From the human T2T-CHM13v2.0 reference genome, Homo sapiens: a stretch of DNA of 64,000 bases. Numbering within the stretch: position 1 is the first letter of the stretch; each line of letters begins with the position of its first letter. Positions 63,839 to 64,000 of this stretch are shown here, one piece after another. The notes under the pieces are model-generated. The model saw only the letters and a list, made by a program, of their open reading frames with translations. It ran no database searches and was not told the origin of the DNA. The stretch lies in the NCBI RefSeq assembly GCF_009914755.1, contig NC_060927.1; one strand, given 5' to 3'. The position numbers were made by a program, and so were the translations under genes.

Positions 63839-64000
63839 GCTTTGTCCTATGGACTTCATTGTCTGTGCTAAGGAATTTAGATTTTTATCCAAGTTTGAAA
63901 GAAAACCACTGGGGAAAGCCAGGGAGGAGGAGGATCTGGACAGTACATTACTCACATTTTACAAAGATTACTGTGGCTGCTGTATGCAGTGGGACTACAG

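Overview
This is primate genomic DNA, almost certainly human, and mostly transposable-element relics. It contains one recognisable host gene: the CpG-island promoter and first coding exon of STAC (SH3 and cysteine-rich domain protein, + strand, ATG at 50135, MIPPSSPREDGVDGLPKEAVGAEQPPSPASTSSQESK), followed by about 14 kb of intron 1. Upstream are two complete but decayed LTR-internal-LTR proviruses. (1) A 9.1-kb minus-strand class I provirus (MER83-like LTRs, tRNA-Ile PBS, gag-pro-pol-env) has an env that closely parallels HERV-FRD/syncytin-2 and is inserted into a MIR. (2) A 7.6-kb plus-strand element has MER67-like LTRs and a degenerate tRNA-Arg PBS, yet carries ERV-L (class III)-type gag/pol relics and a 5-bp TSD; it also hosts nested LTRs and Alus. 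Other content: L1PB and L1PA copies, about ten Alus, a tailless 5S rRNA retrocopy, MaLR LTRs and hAT DNA transposons. I found no evidence of a novel functional system. The best leads are paleovirological oddities and STAC 5' regulatory features. Repeat subfamily names come from my recall of consensus sequences and need a Dfam/RepeatMasker check; boundaries of old repeats are approximate.
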